Positions 1 through 9,015 of a DNA stretch of 64,000 nucleotides are shown piece by piece. This DNA comes from a virus. The notes beneath the pieces are model-generated. The model was not told the DNA's origin, made no database searches, and saw only the letters and a program-made list of their open reading frames with translations. Where the stretch lies: the UHGV virus genome UHGV-0140522; one strand, 5' to 3'. The translations under genes were made by a program, and so were the position numbers. Positions within the stretch are counted from its first letter, which is position 1. The number at the start of each line of letters is the position of its first letter.

Positions 1-325
1 TATCCACTGTGGAGAGCAGAACCGGTTGGCTGGATTTACTATCCACTGTGGAGAGTAGATATCTGCTGAAAACAGTGAAGGTTTACTCTCCATAGTGGAT
101 ACCCGCTGGAGAGCGCATTCCATCACTCTCTATAGTGGTTGTTTGCTGCGAATGAACGCCTGTTTACTCCCTACAGTGGATAGCGACGTCGATAATCTCC
201 ACTTTACTCACTACAGTGGATACCGGATGTCACGGCAGGCGTTTTACTCACTACAGTGGTTATGGGCCGGATACGCACGCGGTGAGCTGGCTACTCACCG
301 CAGTGGTTAGGGTTATCAGTGGATT
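1..325. repeat. Array of >=9 direct repeats, consensus roughly TTTACTCACTACAGTGGATA, spaced about 40 bp apart (AGTGG cores near 7, 46, 93, 133, 174, 214, 254, 301, 317). Candidate iterons for replication origin or packaging. The array reaches the window edge, so it may continue upstream.
   Basis: Read directly: repeated CACTGTGGAGAG / CTACAGTGGATA units with regular ~39-47 bp spacing. No ORF spans the array. Confidence 0.6.
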
Positions 326-531
326 TTCTTCAGCAGACCCCAGAGTGTCCCGGCCTTCGTCGTGAGCTTACCTGTTTCCGGATCGTACATGCGCCATTCG
401 CGACGCTGGTGGACAATGACACCGTCCTCACGTTCCAGACGTTCCAGCACGCCAGGTTGCTTAAACCCTTTGGCACGCCAGTAGCCGCTTGTTTTTTCGA
501 TTTCCAGACCTGCCAGTGTAACCGCCATCAA
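316..531 (-). CDS. hypothetical protein (71 aa)
   Basis: ORF from the track; same strand as the following gene block; no recognisable motifs. Confidence 0.3.
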   Translation of the reverse strand: MMAVTLAGLEIEKTSGYWRAKGFKQPGVLERLEREDGVIVHQRREWRMYDPETGKLTTKAGTLWGLLKKIH

Positions 532-863
532 CCAACCTCCTTGCAGTCATCGAAAAGATAGCTGGCGTTCTTCGCGTGAACGCCGTAGACATCACCTGAT
601 TTGTTGTAAACGAACTTATCTTCACCCACGCCAGACAGTTTGCCGTTACGTTTGGTGAGATAGGGGGAAGACAGGACGCGATCATCGCGCACAACATAAA
701 ACTGTTCGCCGCTGTCCACAACCATCGCGCCGTAGCTGGCTTTGACGACATTGCGGATCACGTCGTTCTTCACTTCGGCCACTGACATCTCACACTCATA
801 GACGTGCGTGTCCGCGTAGACAGGGAGGGAGAGCAGCGCCAGAGCCAGGGCTATTTTCTTCAT
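528..863 (-). CDS. secreted/periplasmic protein with N-terminal signal peptide (MKKIALALALLSLPVYA)
   Basis: Clear signal peptide; 4-bp start/stop overlap with the upstream ORF. Confidence 0.5.
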   Translation of the reverse strand: MKKIALALALLSLPVYADTHVYECEMSVAEVKNDVIRNVVKASYGAMVVDSGEQFYVVRDDRVLSSPYLTKRNGKLSGVGEDKFVYNKSGDVYGVHAKNASYLFDDCKEVG

Positions 864-1039
864 GCCACGACTCCTTTGATAACGCCGAATGCTGAGTCGA
901 ATACCAGCACTACGGCCAGCGCATTAACCATCGCGCCATTAACAGGCGCCAGCGCTTTACGGATTGCTCCGGTGAAGATGCAATCGAGCACAAAAGCTAT
1001 CGAGACAATAAGTAATAAAGTGTCTAATACAGTTTTCAT
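860..1039 (-). CDS. small hydrophobic membrane protein (~59 aa, MKTVLDTLLLIVSIAFVLD...)
   Basis: Own translation of the minus strand; not in the track because it falls below the length cutoff; ATGA overlap with the next gene. Confidence 0.3.
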   Translation of the reverse strand: MKTVLDTLLLIVSIAFVLDCIFTGAIRKALAPVNGAMVNALAVVLVFDSAFGVIKGVVA

Positions 1040-1079
1040 GATAGGTAGATACTAACTTATATATTTTTTGCTGTAAATA

Positions 1080-1355
1080 TCACTCAAAAGTGCTGATGCC
1101 TAAGATACGCTCAAGATGAGCCGCGTCTTCATCGCTTACCGGCATCGTGTCGTCGACGTACCAGCAACTACCGTTGTGCCAACAAACACCGTCATCATCG
1201 ACATACACAGAATCCGCATCCATGCCTGTGTACTCAACGAGATTGCGCTCAATTGCCGCTTGAATTTCTTCATCGTTCAGCCCATCACACTTGACCATGA
1301 ACAACGGGTAAACGTCATAGTCGGTGCTGGCTGAAATGCGAACCAAAATCTTCAT
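1080..1355 (-). CDS. hypothetical protein (91 aa)
   Basis: ORF preceded by the conserved TAAGTACTTAT intergenic motif. Confidence 0.45.
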   Translation of the reverse strand: MKILVRISASTDYDVYPLFMVKCDGLNDEEIQAAIERNLVEYTGMDADSVYVDDDGVCWHNGSCWYVDDTMPVSDEDAAHLERILGISTFE

Positions 1356-1422
1356 GTGTTTCTCCTTGTTGGTAAGTACTTATTTATATTAATGTGCGCC
1401 ATGCGGCGCACAATCATTGTGT

Positions 1423-1833
1423 TCAGGCTGGAGGAAAGAACTTCTCCAGCGTGCGGTCTACAGCTTTATCAATGTGCATCAGATGCCAGACGACCATATC
1501 TTTGCTTCCCAGACCGCGGGTGTAGATCACGTCGAACTTACGCCAGGCGGCGTGAAACCAGTGCGGTGTATCATCAACCGGCAGATTCTCTCCAGCCTCC
1601 TTGAAGTACTTGAGCAGCATGGCCTGTTCAGCGGTGGGCGTCGGGCCAATCTCTTCCGCGTACATTCTGATGAAACGCTGCCAGTCGGCTTCATCTTCTG
1701 AAGGTTCCGGTGCGTTCATCTCTGCAATCGCCTCACGCAGCTGCGTCGCCCATTCTGGCTCCGGGAAGCCCTGGGCAATTTCGGTATCCACTACATCCAG
1801 CGCAGCGTTGGCCGCGTCATACAGTTTCTTCAT
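1423..1833 (-). CDS. hypothetical acidic protein (136 aa)
   Basis: ORF with coding-like composition; RBS present. Confidence 0.5.
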   Translation of the reverse strand: MKKLYDAANAALDVVDTEIAQGFPEPEWATQLREAIAEMNAPEPSEDEADWQRFIRMYAEEIGPTPTAEQAMLLKYFKEAGENLPVDDTPHWFHAAWRKFDVIYTRGLGSKDMVVWHLMHIDKAVDRTLEKFFPPA

Positions 1834-2188
1834 GCTTTTTCTCCTGCATTAAAAGGAACACGGTCATTGCCGCTCTGAAAGGGTTAGGGTTCTGGATCAG
1901 ATGTTGTGGCGTTGAGCTATCCACCTTTCTGTGGGCCGCTCTCCACTCACCGGGCTGTCTGGCAGGAATTACACCGATTCTGTGTCGGTAAATAATGTCC
2001 CACGCATCTTCCGGATCGTTACACCAGTCGAAGGTTCCGGCTCCGTTCGGGCCGATGGCGACCACTGCTGTGTAATCGCCTTCCTGTGAGCCTTTCCAGC
2101 CATATTGTGAAATGAGCGGTCGGTGGCCGGTGGCTTCCGCGACCAGGCAGTTAATCTCAAAGTCCGTCATCTCGCTGTAATTTTTCAT
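1817..2188 (-). CDS. hypothetical protein (start at MKNYSEM; GAAGGAG RBS)
   Basis: Internal ATG with a strong SD (GAAGGAGATCGGGAATG); the track's upstream M lacks an RBS. Confidence 0.5.
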   Translation of the reverse strand: MKNYSEMTDFEINCLVAEATGHRPLISQYGWKGSQEGDYTAVVAIGPNGAGTFDWCNDPEDAWDIIYRHRIGVIPARQPGEWRAAHRKVDSSTPQHLIQNPNPFRAAMTVFLLMQEKKHEETV

Positions 2189-2306
2189 TCCCGATCTCCT
2201 TCTCATCCGTTGCCGAACAACTATGTGGCGTTGTCACTTTGTACTTCTACGGATGGTAATTCCGTATTAGTAACCAATTTGTTTTCTTGTTGGTGATAAT
2301 ACGGAA

Positions 2307-2332
2307 ATAAAAAAGGCGTCCAAGTGGACGCC
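2307..2332 (-). terminator. intrinsic terminator (GGCGTCC-AAGT-GGACGCC hairpin plus T-tract on the minus strand)
   Basis: Hairpin followed by a U-tract immediately downstream of the SPFH gene. Confidence 0.6.
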
Positions 2333-2350
2333 GTATCTTTGAAAAGGCTG

Positions 2351-3181
2351 TTACTTCAACGCGATAAACGGAGTATTAGCCCCTTCAGTCATGTACTGAG
2401 GCAACTGGCCATTCCATTTGTTGATGGCTTCCAGCTCCATGACGTTCGGGTTCTGACGCAATGCTTCACCGCGCAACTTGATGGCATCAGCTTCTGCTTG
2501 AGCACGCTTGCGGATAGCGTCGGCTTCACCTTCGGCTTGTTCACGCAGCATGTTCGCTTCTGCCTTGCGCTGCTCAACTTCCTGCTGGCGCTGGAGCGTT
2601 TTCTGGTTCGCGGTCACTTTGGCATTGATAGATTCGATGACAGTGTCCGGGTAGTCTGGTTTGCCCACCCATGACAGGCTAATAACCTCAATACCTACCG
2701 GTGACATTTCTGCCTGAATGTCTTTCAGCGCATTGTCGAGCAGAGACGCCTTGCCGCCGTCGATGAACGTGTCGGTAGTCATGCGGCTGGCCAGACGGTT
2801 CAGTGAGTCCGCAATCTTCTGGCGCAGATCAGTGTCGGTAATGTCATCAACACCTTTGCGATAGGTCTGGAATACGGTAGTTACTTTGTCGCGATTAACC
2901 AGATATGCCACACCAATTTTGTGGCCGATAGCTGTACCGTCGCTCATCTGGAATGTGAACGGCTCATCGTAGGTTTTCATCTGTTTGAAAGTGGGGAAGG
3001 TGTACAGCTCGGTATTCAGACCAGTCCACTGACGGCCAACGCCGACAACTTCACCGATACCTTTGTCTTCACCCAATTTGTTTACCTTAATGCCAACGTA
3101 CCCCGGTTCCACGCGATCGCAGCCGGTCAGACCCATTGTGCAAATAGCAGCCAAAGCCACCGCCAGTAAACCTTTCTTCAT
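2351..3181 (-). CDS. SPFH/band-7 (HflK/C, stomatin-like) domain lipoprotein (lipobox LTGC; coiled-coil C-terminus)
   Basis: Signal peptide plus lipobox, a prohibitin-like core and a charged EA-rich coiled coil typical of the SPFH family. Confidence 0.65.
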   Translation of the reverse strand: MKKGLLAVALAAICTMGLTGCDRVEPGYVGIKVNKLGEDKGIGEVVGVGRQWTGLNTELYTFPTFKQMKTYDEPFTFQMSDGTAIGHKIGVAYLVNRDKVTTVFQTYRKGVDDITDTDLRQKIADSLNRLASRMTTDTFIDGGKASLLDNALKDIQAEMSPVGIEVISLSWVGKPDYPDTVIESINAKVTANQKTLQRQQEVEQRKAEANMLREQAEGEADAIRKRAQAEADAIKLRGEALRQNPNVMELEAINKWNGQLPQYMTEGANTPFIALK

Positions 3182-3184
3182 TAC

Positions 3185-3385
3185 TTACTTCTCCTTAGTT
3201 TTATTGAGTGAGTTGATATACCTTCGGCCAGCTTTTAACAAGGCAACCGGGAAGACTACAGCGATGGCAAGTCCGATAAATAAGGCCAGATCGCTTTTAG
3301 CTGAGATAAGCGATGGAACCAGTAAACCGTAGATAAAGCAGACTGATATCACCGCTGAAACAGCCATGAGATAACCCTTGATCAT
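3185..3385 (-). CDS. small two-TM membrane protein immediately upstream of the SPFH gene (possible NfeD-like partner)
   Basis: Hydrophobic 66-aa ORF; operon position matches nfeD-SPFH pairs in bacteria; it has no OB domain, so partner status is inference. Confidence 0.4.
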   Translation of the reverse strand: MIKGYLMAVSAVISVCFIYGLLVPSLISAKSDLALFIGLAIAVVFPVALLKAGRRYINSLNKTKEK

Positions 3386-3445
3386 GTGTTTCCTTTTGTC
3401 GTTTTGGTGTAGAAATGATAAGTAAGTACTTATATATTTTCAAGT

Positions 3446-3472
3446 ATAAAAAGGCGTCCATTGGACGCCTTG
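3446..3472 (-). terminator. intrinsic terminator downstream of recA-like gene
   Basis: AAGGCGTCC-ATTG-GACGCCTT hairpin plus T-tract on the minus strand. Confidence 0.6.
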
Positions 3473-3475
3473 TGA

Positions 3476-4552
3476 TTACGCTTCTTCTGTCTCTGCTGGG
3501 GACGACTCTTTCGCTCGCCGTTCGTCTATCGCCTGGAGTGCTGCGATGATTTCCGGGAGTGGCTTCTCGCGGTACATCTCGACGATCTGCGATTTGGTGT
3601 ATTTCTTATCGCTAATTTCCACACGCCCGCTGGCGTTCTTGGGCAGGTATCCTTCTTCCAGCATGTACTCAACCAGCGATTCGATGACGTCCAGCCCGCG
3701 AGTCGGGTCGAAGTAGAATTTCCATGAGCATTTGCCAAACGGAGGCGCGACTTTGTTTTTAATGCACTCGGCGCCAACGTCCTGTCCGATCTTCTCTTTG
3801 CCATCCTTCATGACGGATGCACCCAGACGGATGCGCACCGACGCGTAGAACTTCGGAGAGTCGCCACCCGGAGACGTAGTCGGATCGCCAAACATCACAC
3901 CAATTTTGGTACGCACCTGGTTCAAGAAGATGATGCACGCGTTGTACTTACGCGCCCAGAGCGCCAGAGTAGGGAAGTTCGCACTCGTCGCGCGCGCCAG
4001 CGCCGTGTTGTCGTTCATGTTCAGCTGATCTTTGTCCTTCGCAGTGCCTTCTGCCATCTTGTCGAACTTCTCAGCCTTCGAGTTCGGAACCATCGACGCC
4101 AGAGAGTCGGCAACGATGCAGATAGGGGCTGTTTCCGGGATAAGCACTTCGTCGCGCACCAGCTTGAGGATTGTGCCGATCAGCTCGACGGAGTCTTCGA
4201 AGGTATCCGGCTGTTTGTAAACCCACTGGCCGTCATCTTCGTCGGCGTTCAAGCCATTCGCCACCGCAAGACCAACGTCGAAACTGTTTTCGTGGTCAAG
4301 GAACACGGCCAGACCATCCTGTTTCTGTGCTGACACCATTGCAGCCGTCGCCAAAAAGGTTTTACCGGCGCTTGGTGGCCCGAAGACTTCAACGATACGC
4401 CCACACGGAAAACCGCCGTCGTAACGTCCGGAAATGGCTTTGTTCAGTGGAGGGAAACCGGAGTCAATCCAGTGGGAGACCTTCTGGATCTCGTCATTGC
4501 TGCCGATTTTCTTTTTCAGCGCCAGTGCCAGTGCGGATTTGCCTTTTGCCAT
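3476..4552 (-). CDS. recA: RecA-family recombinase
   Basis: Walker A GPPSAGKT; LNQVRTKIGVMFGDPTTSPGG and KFYASVRIRLG match RecA L2 and conserved blocks nearly residue for residue; AAGGAG RBS. Confidence 0.85.
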   Translation of the reverse strand: MAKGKSALALALKKKIGSNDEIQKVSHWIDSGFPPLNKAISGRYDGGFPCGRIVEVFGPPSAGKTFLATAAMVSAQKQDGLAVFLDHENSFDVGLAVANGLNADEDDGQWVYKQPDTFEDSVELIGTILKLVRDEVLIPETAPICIVADSLASMVPNSKAEKFDKMAEGTAKDKDQLNMNDNTALARATSANFPTLALWARKYNACIIFLNQVRTKIGVMFGDPTTSPGGDSPKFYASVRIRLGASVMKDGKEKIGQDVGAECIKNKVAPPFGKCSWKFYFDPTRGLDVIESLVEYMLEEGYLPKNASGRVEISDKKYTKSQIVEMYREKPLPEIIAALQAIDERRAKESSPAETEEA

Positions 4553-4554
4553 GA

Positions 4555-4821
4555 TTAGGCTCCTTTTGATTCGTTGATTCGCTTCGAAGCAGCGGCTTCG
4601 TCAAACTTGATTGCGTCGTGGTTCAGGTGTTTGGCGACGCGAGCGATGATCTTCACGACCTGCTCGCTGACCAGCGCGAACTCGCGCTCAGTTGCAGAAA
4701 TGCCAGCAGCGCCCAGAATGTTCGGCAGCGCCATCACAGCGTGCTCGCCGTGGCAGAAGACAATCTCTTTAGCCAGCATGGTTGGCGTAGTTGCCCCGCC
4801 ATTAATGATGGATTTCAGCAT
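4555..4821 (-). CDS. hypothetical protein (88 aa)
   Basis: ORF tightly packed between recA and the exonuclease gene. Confidence 0.4.
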   Translation of the reverse strand: MLKSIINGGATTPTMLAKEIVFCHGEHAVMALPNILGAAGISATEREFALVSEQVVKIIARVAKHLNHDAIKFDEAAASKRINESKGA

Positions 4822-5765
4822 CAGCAGTACCTCTCAAATGGCAGAACAAACACTTCCAGATCTTCCAGAAACGACCGGAAATTCAGCTCGTAACACATCT
4901 GTTCGAAGGCATTCATGTCGCGTGCGCCTTTAATCGACTCGATTTCGCTGGGTGGGAATTTTGTGTCGATAAGGTTCATCAGCATCATGTTGCGCTTAAA
5001 GGCTTCGAGCATCCGGCAGCCCGTCTTCTCGTTGAAGGCGTTCTTTGCCAGCTTGTTGAATGCCGTCTTATAGCGACCCTTATTGATGACAATGGAACCG
5101 TCGTTAATGCCGCGTACCATTGCGGCCACGCTTCCCCACTCATGAAGCAGCTCTTTCGCGCCACCATCACCAATGCCGCCGACGCCTTTGATGTTGTCCG
5201 AGTTATCGCCCTGCAACGCTTTCGCTTCCAGAAACGCGCGTGGTGTTGGCAGACCTGTCAGCTCTGCGAACTGTTCGAAGTTCACCTGCTTGTGCTTGGC
5301 ATCTTCACGCAGGCTTACCCAGCTCACATTCTCGCGAACCAACTGGAGCCAGTCGCCATCGCCCGTCAGCAGGTAGATGTGATCGACGGTCGGCTGCGGA
5401 GCCAGGCGAGAGACCAGCATTCCAGCCAGGTCGTCCGCTTCTGCGTCCTTTGCAATGAGTTGGTTAACGCCCAGCGCGGTCATCATTTTCAAGATGTACG
5501 GCTTCTGGATGGCAAAGCCTTCTTTCATCTTCTTCATATCCGGGTCGTCATCGCGATTCGCTTTGTACTCCGGGTAGAAGTCGCGACGTTTGTCGCTGAA
5601 TCCATCCCACAAGATCATTGGCCGGGCATGGAGAATTGAGGCGTAACGACGAACGTTCTTCACGAAGCCAAAAGCCGCCTGAACTTCCATCTCGCCGTTG
5701 TGTAATTTGTCGGATTGCTGGTGGTAATAGCCCAGGCTGTTACCGTCCACAAAGAGATAATTCAC
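4821..5765 (-). CDS. 5'-3' exonuclease / flap endonuclease (T5 D15 / PolI N-terminal domain family); probable GTG start at 5765
   Basis: Acidic clusters and an H3TH region (GDNSDNIKGVGGIG) typical of FEN; AAGGAG sits 7 nt upstream of the GTG; the track ORF extends to 5816. Confidence 0.75.
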   Translation of the reverse strand: MNYLFVDGNSLGYYHQQSDKLHNGEMEVQAAFGFVKNVRRYASILHARPMILWDGFSDKRRDFYPEYKANRDDDPDMKKMKEGFAIQKPYILKMMTALGVNQLIAKDAEADDLAGMLVSRLAPQPTVDHIYLLTGDGDWLQLVRENVSWVSLREDAKHKQVNFEQFAELTGLPTPRAFLEAKALQGDNSDNIKGVGGIGDGGAKELLHEWGSVAAMVRGINDGSIVINKGRYKTAFNKLAKNAFNEKTGCRMLEAFKRNMMLMNLIDTKFPPSEIESIKGARDMNAFEQMCYELNFRSFLEDLEVFVLPFERYC

Positions 5766-5785
5766 CGGTACACTCCTTCCAAAAA

Positions 5786-5809
5786 GTAAGGCGTCCGTAG
5801 ACGCCTTAC
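5786..5809 (-). terminator. intrinsic terminator
   Basis: GTAAGGCGTC-CGTA-GACGCCTTAC hairpin plus T-tract on the minus strand. Confidence 0.55.
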
Positions 5810-5825
5810 TGGTCACGTTATGGGA

Positions 5826-6854
5826 TTACAGAGCGTCCAGTTCAGCCAGCAGGTCGTCGAGACCTTCGTCAGCTGGTGCAGATGCAGCGGCAGAAGATGC
5901 TGAAGCACTTGCAGCTGCGGCGGCTTCCGGAGCTTTAACTTCTTCCGGTTTAGTTTCCGGTTTGAACTCAGCTTCAGCGGCACGCAGGATCTCTTCATCA
6001 ACCAGGCTGGTGGACTCTGGAGCCGGAGTGTGTGCTGTAGCGACAGCAGCTGCACCTTCCGTATGACCAGTGATAGAGCCAAAGCCTGGCAGTTCAGCAG
6101 CGGCTGATTTTGCAGCGGAAGAAATGGCCGGAGACGACATTGTTGCTGCCGGAGCCGCGATACCAATCAGACGACCCATAGTGCGAGCTGTAGACAGCAG
6201 ACGGGTTTCGTCAGCCTGGTTCGCGTATGCGATCAGATCGTGTTGAGTAGTCCATAGCTTCTCAGGAATGTCGCCTTTGTAGACTTTACGTTTCGGGGAT
6301 ACGTCGTACTTGGTGTCACGACCGGAACCGGTACGCTTAATCAGGAACGCATAGCCTTCTTCTTTGCTCAGTGGGTTGCCGATATCATCCGCAATATCTT
6401 CGGACATCACTTTGCAGATATCGTCGAAGACCGTAGACGGCAGCTCAATCAGCTGGCATTTCTCTGCATCCGCAAAGTCTTCACGCGCAGACAGAACACC
6501 GTTGACCAGATAACGCGGTGTGGCACGCATACTGTTAATGCGCTCTTCCATCGCTTTATTGCCCTTAAAGCGAGCACGACCTTCCATAACCATCTCACAC
6601 AGCTGGCAAGCGTGGCCGTGGGTGTGCTGTTCGCAGATGTAGGCGGTGGTTACATCTTTGCCTTCCTCATTCTGATGCTTAACGTAGTGCATACCGAAAG
6701 TCTGGAAGAACACGCCATTCGGGTCGTCCTTGTTCGGAAAAATGCGCAGATAGTTATTGCCGTCTTTCAGACGGGTCAAATCAACGTTATTGCCACGTTT
6801 AGAAGCAATATCGCCACGGGTCTTGTTAAGCAGATCAAGTAATGACTTAGACAT
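5826..6854 (-). CDS. putative ssDNA-binding protein (Zn-binding H/C cluster, Ala/Ser-rich linker, acidic C-terminal tail)
   Basis: CEQHTHGHACQLC motif plus C-terminal DEGLDDLLAELDAL resemble a gp32-like SSB architecture; position between exonuclease and recombination genes; AAGGAG RBS. Confidence 0.4.
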   Translation of the reverse strand: MSKSLLDLLNKTRGDIASKRGNNVDLTRLKDGNNYLRIFPNKDDPNGVFFQTFGMHYVKHQNEEGKDVTTAYICEQHTHGHACQLCEMVMEGRARFKGNKAMEERINSMRATPRYLVNGVLSAREDFADAEKCQLIELPSTVFDDICKVMSEDIADDIGNPLSKEEGYAFLIKRTGSGRDTKYDVSPKRKVYKGDIPEKLWTTQHDLIAYANQADETRLLSTARTMGRLIGIAAPAATMSSPAISSAAKSAAAELPGFGSITGHTEGAAAVATAHTPAPESTSLVDEEILRAAEAEFKPETKPEEVKAPEAAAAASASASSAAASAPADEGLDDLLAELDAL

Positions 6855-6973
6855 GTATTTCTCCTTGTTGTGATTGTGGCCATTGGCGCTATGCGCGTTG
6901 GGCGTTCGTTTATTCGTGGCTCTTTCGAGCGAGAAGAATGATAGATCAGTACTTACTTACGATCTAGCATAAA

Positions 6974-7405
6974 TTAACGGGGAGAGTGGAAACGTTCGGC
7001 GCCCAAACGTTCAATCTCCACGATAGCCATTTTGGACGCCTGGACAATCATGTCGCGGCGGTGAGAGAAGGCGGCTACAGCGTGCTTGTACAGATCTGCA
7101 ATGTGCCGGGCATCGTCGAGTTTCTGGCGCTTTGCGAGGTATTGCGGGTTGGTTCTAACCTTCGCCTCCAGTACGGACTCATTAAACTTAATGCCGTTCA
7201 TACTCAGGTTCTTACGCTCATTGTCGTAGATTTTCGCCTCAATCGCATCGAGAGAGAGTTTTGCATCTGCGACCTCGCGTTCTGCCCGCGCCAGCTTAGA
7301 GCCGTATTCCATCAACAGGCGCGGTTGCTGACGCCAGACTTCTTCAAGATTGTCGCGGTCGAACTCCAGATCGGACATGATTTTTTCGTAGATATCGGTG
7401 CTCAT
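6974..7405 (-). CDS. hypothetical coiled-coil protein (start at MSTDIYEK)
   Basis: ORF track; the upstream part of the track ORF looks non-coding. Confidence 0.45.
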   Translation of the reverse strand: MSTDIYEKIMSDLEFDRDNLEEVWRQQPRLLMEYGSKLARAEREVADAKLSLDAIEAKIYDNERKNLSMNGIKFNESVLEAKVRTNPQYLAKRQKLDDARHIADLYKHAVAAFSHRRDMIVQASKMAIVEIERLGAERFHSPR

Positions 7406-7563
7406 GGTATTAAGTTTCCACTTACATTGATGTGTTAATTTTATCATGAGTAATGCAGGGTGTTGCATGTTGGGGCAAAAAATGGAGGTTATACAGATCT
7501 CCTGTTTGGTACTATTGTCGCTATACAAAAATGGTGGATACCGTCCCCAAATAAGAGGCTCAA

Positions 7564-8238
7564 ATGGCAAAGGACACGAAACCCGGCCGCGCATTAATCA
7601 GCGCCATAAAATCCGAATCTGTAGTCGAGCTTGGAAAAGAGTATGTCGAACTAGGTCTTGATGCCTTGCTTGAATCTAAGGCTCTTGAATCCATCCCCTT
7701 CGTGAATACGCTGGTCGGTGTATATAAAACGGCAGGCCATATCCGCGACCAAATCTTCACGGATAAATTAGTTCACTTTCTGAACCCTTTGTCGGAGATG
7801 ACTGAATCTGAGCGTATTGAAATGACTGACCGTCTGAATGATGACGACAAGTTCGCCGGTAAAGCAGGTGCCAGTCTGATCGAAATAATTGACCGTATGG
7901 AAAGTGAGAAAAAACCAGAGTTGGTGGCATCTTTCCTCAAGGCTTTTGCCAGGGAAGATATTGATTTCAACACTTTGAGACGCTTGCTTTATGCTCTTGA
8001 AAGAGTACCTGCCTTCGATATTGAACAATTGGCTGAATTTTGCCTAAGAGGAGGGTTTAGCTCTAGATCTAATGATGACCCACTCTTGGTAGGTTATGTT
8101 AATGCTGGTTTGGCAATAAACAACGGCGCAACTGATGGTGGTTATATTATTCCGACCAAGTTATGCAAAACTTTCGTTCAGGCTGGGGCGTTAAAAGCGA
8201 AAAAACCAGAAAATGACCTTGAACAGTTTTTTCAATAA
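7564..8238 (+). CDS. hypothetical protein (224 aa) on the opposite strand; moron-like accessory gene
   Basis: Good RBS (AAGAGGCTCAAATG); convergent bidirectional terminator; different orientation from the flanking core genes. Confidence 0.55.
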   Translation: MAKDTKPGRALISAIKSESVVELGKEYVELGLDALLESKALESIPFVNTLVGVYKTAGHIRDQIFTDKLVHFLNPLSEMTESERIEMTDRLNDDDKFAGKAGASLIEIIDRMESEKKPELVASFLKAFAREDIDFNTLRRLLYALERVPAFDIEQLAEFCLRGGFSSRSNDDPLLVGYVNAGLAINNGATDGGYIIPTKLCKTFVQAGALKAKKPENDLEQFFQ

Positions 8239-8242
8239 ACAT

Positions 8243-8268
8243 TAACGGAGGCCGCAATGCCTCCGTTA
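8243..8268. terminator. bidirectional intrinsic terminator (TAACGGAGGC-loop-GCCTCCGTTA)
   Basis: Perfect 10-bp stem between convergent genes. Confidence 0.6.
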
Positions 8269-8279
8269 ACTGGTTATTG

Positions 8280-8579
8280 TTAGTTGTTGCCCAATGAACC
8301 GGCCATTGCTGCATATTTGATTTCATCAGCAGGGATCTCCGGGTGAAGTTTGATTTGCCTGATGACATAGGCTGGGACTTCATCTCCCCAAAGTTTGGCG
8401 GCGTCTTTGCAAACTTTATATGCGAAATCTCTGTGTTCAAATGCGTAGGATTTGCCGTAAGCATACTGCTGGCAGTTATAGACGTAAGCGCCGTAATCTC
8501 CATCCTTATCCGGGAAAGCACAACCTGACAGTGTGAGAATCGTAGCGGTCAGAGTCAGAGTTTTGATCATGCTTTTCAT
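8280..8579 (-). CDS. lipoprotein (lipobox LSGC)
   Basis: Signal peptide plus lipobox. Confidence 0.5.
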   Translation of the reverse strand: MKSMIKTLTLTATILTLSGCAFPDKDGDYGAYVYNCQQYAYGKSYAFEHRDFAYKVCKDAAKLWGDEVPAYVIRQIKLHPEIPADEIKYAAMAGSLGNN

Positions 8580-8589
8580 CGTTTTATCC

Positions 8590-9015
8590 TTAAAACTCAG
8601 GTTTCATTTGATCAGGGAATTTCTTGTATGCCGCGTAATAGCTTCCCAGCGTGTAGGCTTTCAACTGCTGCTCAGTATCAACACGACATGAGGCGTCGTA
8701 ACAAGCTCCACTGATTATTCCGTATCCCGCAGCCTTCTTGTTCAGATCGGACTTTGCTTCCTCAACACTATTTTTGCCCATCGTCACTACGCATCCGGAA
8801 ACAATGGCCTGGGCCTTGTGGTCGTCCATTGTTAGGATCACCGTGTTGGCCAGTTTGCTGTAACCATTGTTCTTGTACACATCGGCAGCGAACTCGCGGC
8901 ATTCTGAGTAGTACGGGCTTGTTTTTATCTCGGCATAATCAGGTACCTTCATGCCGGCACAACCAACCATTCCGAAGCACATCGCTGTTATCAGCGTGTT
9001 TTTTATTCTATCCAT
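8590..9015 (-). CDS. lipoprotein (lipobox MVGCAG), Cys-rich
   Basis: Signal peptide plus lipobox. Confidence 0.5.
   Translation of the reverse strand: MDRIKNTLITAMCFGMVGCAGMKVPDYAEIKTSPYYSECREFAADVYKNNGYSKLANTVILTMDDHKAQAIVSGCVVTMGKNSVEEAKSDLNKKAAGYGIISGACYDASCRVDTEQQLKAYTLGSYYAAYKKFPDQMKPEF

Noticed and set aside
1-325. CRISPR array
   Set aside because: The repeats are imperfect (several variants) and the spacers are not unique sequences of uniform length. No cas genes or leader are present, and the 40-bp phasing fits iterons better.
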